Shown here in pieces: positions 59,456 through 64,000 of a stretch of 64,000 bases of DNA (positions are counted from its first letter, which is position 1; each line of letters opens with the position of its first letter). Position numbers and translations under genes: made by a program. Source of the DNA: Methanofastidiosum sp. (lineage in GTDB: Archaea > Methanobacteriota_B > Thermococci > Methanofastidiosales > Methanofastidiosaceae); assembly GCA_035362715.1 (NCBI GenBank), contig DAOSDU010000007.1, positions 16,974-80,973 of the forward strand, in the 5' to 3' direction. The notes under the pieces were generated by a model. It was not told the DNA's origin and did not search any database. It worked only from the letters and a program-made list of their open reading frames with translations.

Positions 59456-61360
59456 ATGGAAGGCGATAGAGTATCTCATCATGAATCTGTAAAAAAAATG
59501 TATAAGAAAATTAAAGATGACAATATAACAAATATTTGGGATAGATACGAGGCTCAAGGATTTGGGGGAGACCCAGATAAAAGATGTCCTTTCTGCCAAG
59601 GTGGAGTTCGATGTGACCTTTGCTCAAATGGTCCATGTCGTTCTGACGCCTCAATTGATAAAAGAGGGGTCTGTGGGATTACCGCAGATGGCATGGCAAT
59701 GAGAATGATGCTTTTGAGGAATGTATTGGGTACTTCGACTTACCATTATCACACCGAACAAACAATAAAAACTCTAAGGGCAACTGCCAAAGGCGAAACT
59801 CCTTTTCAAATAAAAGAGCCAGAAAAATTAAAATCATTTGCTAAACGACTTGGAGTGGATACAAGTGGAAGCATTAACGAAATTGCTTTAAGATTTTGTG
59901 ATTTTGTTGAAGAGGACTTTAATAGAAAATATTCTGAGCAAAGCAAAATTGTAGAAATATTAGCTCCGCCAGAGAGAAAAAATGCATGGAAAAAACTTGG
60001 GATATTTCCAGGGGGCGTCCATGGAGAAATGATGTTTGCCACGAGCTCATGTTTAACAAATGTAGATGGATACTATGTAAGTTTAGCCTTAAAAGCAATG
60101 AGAATTGGAATAGCCATGGCTTACCAAAGTCAAATCATAAATGAGTTTACTCAAGACATTCTTTTTGGGATTCCAAGACCTCATAAAATGAGGGTAGATC
60201 TGGGAATTTTAGATCCAGACTATGTTAACGTTTTACCCAACGGCCATGAACCCTTCTTGGGATTTGCAATGATTCAGCTTGCAAGAAAAGAGGAATGGCA
60301 GCAGAAGGCAAAGGCTGTAGGTGCCAAAGGTCTAAGAATAATAGCAAATATTGAAACAGGCCAAGAAATAATCCAGAGGTGGGAGATGGACGATGTTTTC
60401 TATGGATTCACTGGCAACTGGATTATGCAGGAAGCAGTAATGGCAAGTGGTTGCATTGATATATTTGTGGCAGATATGAACTGTTCAATGCCTATTGACC
60501 CGATATATGCGAAGAAATACAAATTCAAATTAGTACCTGCAAGCGAAGTTGTAGCATTTGAAGGCATTACTGAAAGAATGGATTATCTCCCAAATGAAGC
60601 AGAGAATCAGGCTGCATCACTTTTACAAATGGCAATTGACAACTTCAAGGAGAGAAGGAGTTCAATTGATCCAGTTGTAGGCCTCCCAACGAAAGAAGCT
60701 ATAGTTGGATTTTCAACTGAAAGTATAGTTGAAGCATTAGGTGGAACAATTGAACCTCTATTAAATGCAATTAAAGATGGTACAATAAGGGGTGTCGCTG
60801 GAATGGTTTCATGCACTTCTTTGAGGGATTCAGGCCAGGACGTTCACACAATAAAAATGGTAACTGAGTTGATAAAGAGGGATATACTAGTTTTATCTCT
60901 TGGTTGTGGAAATGCTGCGGTACAGGTTGGTGGGCTCTGTAGCTTAGAGGCTAAAGACAAGGCAGGCCCAGGACTAAAGAAAATATGTACTCTCTTGAAT
61001 ATCCCTCCAGTATTAAGTTATGGAACATGTACTGACACAGGAAGGCTTGCAGATTTAATTGGTGTAATTTCTAAGGCTTTAGGAGATGTACCTGTACCAG
61101 ATTTACCCGTTGCTGCAGTTGCACCAGAATATATGGAGCAGAAGGCAACTATAGATGCGATATTTGCATTGGCATTTGGATTATATACCTATGTCAACCC
61201 AGTTCCTCCTGTAACAGGTGGCCCAAATCTTGTAAAACTTTTGACCGTCGACTGCAAAGATATTACAGGCGGGATATTAAACGTTGAGAAAGATCCGATT
61301 AAAGCATCTGACGCAATCCTTTCTCACATTGAATCGAATAGAAGAAAACTAGGGATATAA
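59456..61360 (+). CDS. cooS: anaerobic CO dehydrogenase-family protein (CooS, atypical C-cluster)
   Basis: CPFC...CDLCSNGPC...GVCG, NGHEP, DMNC, SCT, GCG, GTCTD, MEQKA. Confidence 0.9.
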   Translation: MEGDRVSHHESVKKMYKKIKDDNITNIWDRYEAQGFGGDPDKRCPFCQGGVRCDLCSNGPCRSDASIDKRGVCGITADGMAMRMMLLRNVLGTSTYHYHTEQTIKTLRATAKGETPFQIKEPEKLKSFAKRLGVDTSGSINEIALRFCDFVEEDFNRKYSEQSKIVEILAPPERKNAWKKLGIFPGGVHGEMMFATSSCLTNVDGYYVSLALKAMRIGIAMAYQSQIINEFTQDILFGIPRPHKMRVDLGILDPDYVNVLPNGHEPFLGFAMIQLARKEEWQQKAKAVGAKGLRIIANIETGQEIIQRWEMDDVFYGFTGNWIMQEAVMASGCIDIFVADMNCSMPIDPIYAKKYKFKLVPASEVVAFEGITERMDYLPNEAENQAASLLQMAIDNFKERRSSIDPVVGLPTKEAIVGFSTESIVEALGGTIEPLLNAIKDGTIRGVAGMVSCTSLRDSGQDVHTIKMVTELIKRDILVLSLGCGNAAVQVGGLCSLEAKDKAGPGLKKICTLLNIPPVLSYGTCTDTGRLADLIGVISKALGDVPVPDLPVAAVAPEYMEQKATIDAIFALAFGLYTYVNPVPPVTGGPNLVKLLTVDCKDITGGILNVEKDPIKASDAILSHIESNRRKLGI

Positions 61361-61406
61361 CATTAAATACTAAAATTTTTATATTTAATTATCCTTTTAT
61401 TTTTGG

Positions 61407-61997
61407 ATGCAAGATGATAAGGATATTCCGGTAATTACAAAAAATTCAAAAGAGACACATAAAGTCTCGACTCCTGAAAGAAAAAATGTTCAAGGAAGAA
61501 GGGATTCGTGGCTAATAAAACAACTTGACTACTATGAACTCAACTATGCTCAAAGCGATATAGACGAGATAAAGAAGAGAGTTTTTCTAATTCAGGAAAA
61601 TATAATTCCCATACAAAGATTACTTCTTGATTACCCTGAAAGATGGCCAAGAATTTATAGTACTTTAGAGCTGTTCAGAGAAAAGGCAAAAATAGATTGG
61701 GAAAAAAGAAACGATGAAATGGATTATCATGTTATATCTGATAAAGAAAGAGAATACTTAAAGAAATCTTTGATGCTCACAAATCTTAAATTATCAAAGC
61801 TCAACGTTCCCTTGCCTTCTTCCATATTCAATGCAATTTATAGATTTATTGAAGATAAAGACTTTGAATATCTTTTAGATAAAAAATCGATATCATATAT
61901 TTTAACACTCACAGAAAGAGAAGACCCTCCGCCAAACTGGGATAAAAAGCTTTATAGATTCTTGAGAAAATATTTTAGAAAAGAAATCATGAGATAA
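61407..61997 (+). CDS. hypothetical protein
   Basis: 196-aa ORF with no recognised motif. Confidence 0.6.
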   Translation: MQDDKDIPVITKNSKETHKVSTPERKNVQGRRDSWLIKQLDYYELNYAQSDIDEIKKRVFLIQENIIPIQRLLLDYPERWPRIYSTLELFREKAKIDWEKRNDEMDYHVISDKEREYLKKSLMLTNLKLSKLNVPLPSSIFNAIYRFIEDKDFEYLLDKKSISYILTLTEREDPPPNWDKKLYRFLRKYFRKEIMR

Positions 61998-62054
61998 ATA
62001 TCTTAGAAAGCGAAAGTTATTTAATCGACTGTCTTTTTTATTGGTCAGATTTAA

Positions 62055-63041
62055 ATGACCAAAAAGAATCTTAATGTTCTTGTGTTTTCTATTATTAGTT
62101 TTTTTATAGTATTATTATGGTTTATTGCGTTTCCAATCGATACCTCATTTAACGGGGGCAAGCTATTATTTGAAGGAACTTATCTTTTCTTAGTTGTAGT
62201 AATGCTATTTCATGTTCTTAAATTGAATATCCGAACATTTACATTTGGTTGGGCAATGTTTTCTTATGGATTATTGGTGGACTTTCTAGATGAATTCACT
62301 ATAGAATCTGAACTCTTCAATACTTATCTAGAAGGAATCTTAATTTCTATTGGTCTTTTCATAGTTGTATTTGGATTTTTTAAATCTGTTACAATAGAAA
62401 AACGAGAAACAGATGAAATAAAGGATTTGAACAATACATTGAAGCTCTTAAATAAAATATTAAGGCACGATATATTAAATAATATTTCAGTGACTCTGAT
62501 GTCATTAGAGATGCTAAATACTAAAGATACAAAACTCAAAGATAAGGCCATTAAAGCAATGAATAAGAGTGTAGACCTGATCAATAAGGTACGGGAATTT
62601 GAAAATGACATCTCTTCTGATAATGATATTAGTACCTATAATCTGAAAGAGATAATTGATGAAGTAGTAAAGAATTACGATGTTAATATTAATCTCCACG
62701 GCAACTTTAAAATTAAAGTCAAGAATACATTTTCTTCAGTTATAGATAATATTATTAGAAACGCCGTTGTTCATGGAAAGGCGGATAAAATTGATATCTA
62801 TTTTTCTAAAAAGGGTGATTATGAGATAAAAATAGTAGATAATGGAAGGGGCATTCCAGACGATAATAAACAAAAGGTCTTTGATGAAAATTTCAGTTCC
62901 GGTGAAAATAAAGGTACTGGTCTTGGTCTTTACATAGTAAAAGAGCTTCTCAAAAGATCTAACGGCGAAATTAAGGTAGAAGACAATAAACCAAAGGGAA
63001 CAATTTTTACAATTAGTATTAAATCTGATAATATCAAATAG
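62055..63041 (+). CDS. membrane sensor histidine kinase
   Basis: N-terminal TMs, RHDILN H-box, NIIRNA, DNGRGI, GTGLGL. Confidence 0.92.
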   Translation: MTKKNLNVLVFSIISFFIVLLWFIAFPIDTSFNGGKLLFEGTYLFLVVVMLFHVLKLNIRTFTFGWAMFSYGLLVDFLDEFTIESELFNTYLEGILISIGLFIVVFGFFKSVTIEKRETDEIKDLNNTLKLLNKILRHDILNNISVTLMSLEMLNTKDTKLKDKAIKAMNKSVDLINKVREFENDISSDNDISTYNLKEIIDEVVKNYDVNINLHGNFKIKVKNTFSSVIDNIIRNAVVHGKADKIDIYFSKKGDYEIKIVDNGRGIPDDNKQKVFDENFSSGENKGTGLGLYIVKELLKRSNGEIKVEDNKPKGTIFTISIKSDNIK

Positions 63042-63045
63042 AAGA

Positions 63046-63999
63046 TTAATCATCCATATTAATTAGCTGTATGCTGCCTTGATCATAAATCAGGTAATGG
63101 TGGAATCCTCCATTTTCTTCGGTTGTATGCAGGGGGGACCCTCCGCCCCCAGTGATTATATATCTAGTATTGTCTCTTATAGTTTGATAATACATATGAA
63201 TATTACCAGAAAAAACATTACTAATCTTATTATCTTTCATGATTTGCATAAATTCTTCTCCATCTTTCATATTGTGTGATCCAGAAGGTCTTGGGTCAAA
63301 AGGAGGTACATGTAAAAAGACTAATTTATTCCCATCATATTTTAATTCATTTTCTAGAAATGATATATTCTCTTGATTTAAGGTATCCGTTGAATCGTCG
63401 AGAATAATAAATTTTGTGTCCATATAAATAAAACTATAGAACGTCTCACCATAATATTCTTTATACAATGAGCCGTTTTGAATATCGCTATCATGATTTC
63501 CTATTACGGTATAAACAGGAGTGTCATAATATCTCATTAATTCTTCAAATTCTTCAAAATATTTCTCTTCTTCATGGATTACAAAATCACCGACATGCAT
63601 TACGAAATTAACGTTTTTAGAATCTATATCTTCCATAATCTTCTTGAAGGCTCTAGGGTATGGGTCCTTGGAACTGTCTTGTCTTGAATCACCAACAACT
63701 GCAAATCTTAATGTATTTGATTCTGGTAATTTGATAACGTAAGAGTTTCGAGAGAGAGGCGTGAGGCTTAAAATTATTTTCTCATTTGGATTAATTAATC
63801 TAGATTTGCCTTTGCTTTGGATTATACTATCTTTTTTTATGTTTAATACTATAATCTCTATTTTTTTTGGAAGGATAGAATTGTTATTTATGCTGAGTGA
63901 CATGGAAGGCGATTTAGACCAGATTACATTATTTTCTCTAATAAATCCTCCCTTTACGTCTAATAAACCCTCTCCTAGAGTTATTGATCTGTAGCCTAT
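63046..63999 (-). CDS. calcineurin-like metallophosphoesterase (5'-truncated by the window end)
   Basis: VGDSR, HVGDFV, IGNHD, LHVP, SGNIH; the frame stays open upstream of ATG 63903 to the window edge. Confidence 0.85.
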   Translation of the reverse strand: MGYRSITLGEGLLDVKGGFIRENNVIWSKSPSMSLSINNNSILPKKIEIIVLNIKKDSIIQSKGKSRLINPNEKIILSLTPLSRNSYVIKLPESNTLRFAVVGDSRQDSSKDPYPRAFKKIMEDIDSKNVNFVMHVGDFVIHEEEKYFEEFEELMRYYDTPVYTVIGNHDSDIQNGSLYKEYYGETFYSFIYMDTKFIILDDSTDTLNQENISFLENELKYDGNKLVFLHVPPFDPRPSGSHNMKDGEEFMQIMKDNKISNVFSGNIHMYYQTIRDNTRYIITGGGGSPLHTTEENGGFHHYLIYDQGSIQLINMDD

Positions 64000-64000
64000 T

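Overview
AT-rich, gene-dense archaeal chromosome segment: thermosome, archaeal-type ThrRS, Pth2, Cgi121, CdrS-FtsZ2, tRNAs without encoded CCA, and BRE/TATA promoters. The gene content fits an anaerobic euryarchaeon; a Ca. Methanofastidiosum-like lineage is my inference, not verified. The window holds about 58 CDS and 3 tRNAs (Ile2-CAT, Asn-GTT, Arg-TCG). I saw no CRISPR array, rRNA, transposase or integrase. The most unusual signals are enzymes whose active sites appear rewired: (1) a tusA-dsrE-iscS-iscU/sufT operon whose IscS lacks the PLP lysine and the substrate His but keeps the persulfide Cys, suggesting Fe-S assembly fed by a sulfur relay; (2) a CoA-disulfide-reductase-like flavoprotein with a CxxxCxxC insertion replacing the NAD(P)H-binding GxGxxG; (3) a luxE-luxC acyl-reductase pair divergent from a MenA-like prenyltransferase; (4) a CooS-V-like CODH with Cys-to-Glu in an hcp-type gene context; (5) an SdhA/TfrA-like flavoprotein missing dicarboxylate-binding residues. 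Also notable are a single gene bracketed by a 42-bp direct repeat, a NikR-like operator, a REC-Zn-ribbon regulator next to a processive glycosyltransferase, and a structured cdrS-ftsZ upstream region. Family assignments come from motif recognition only; no database search was run.
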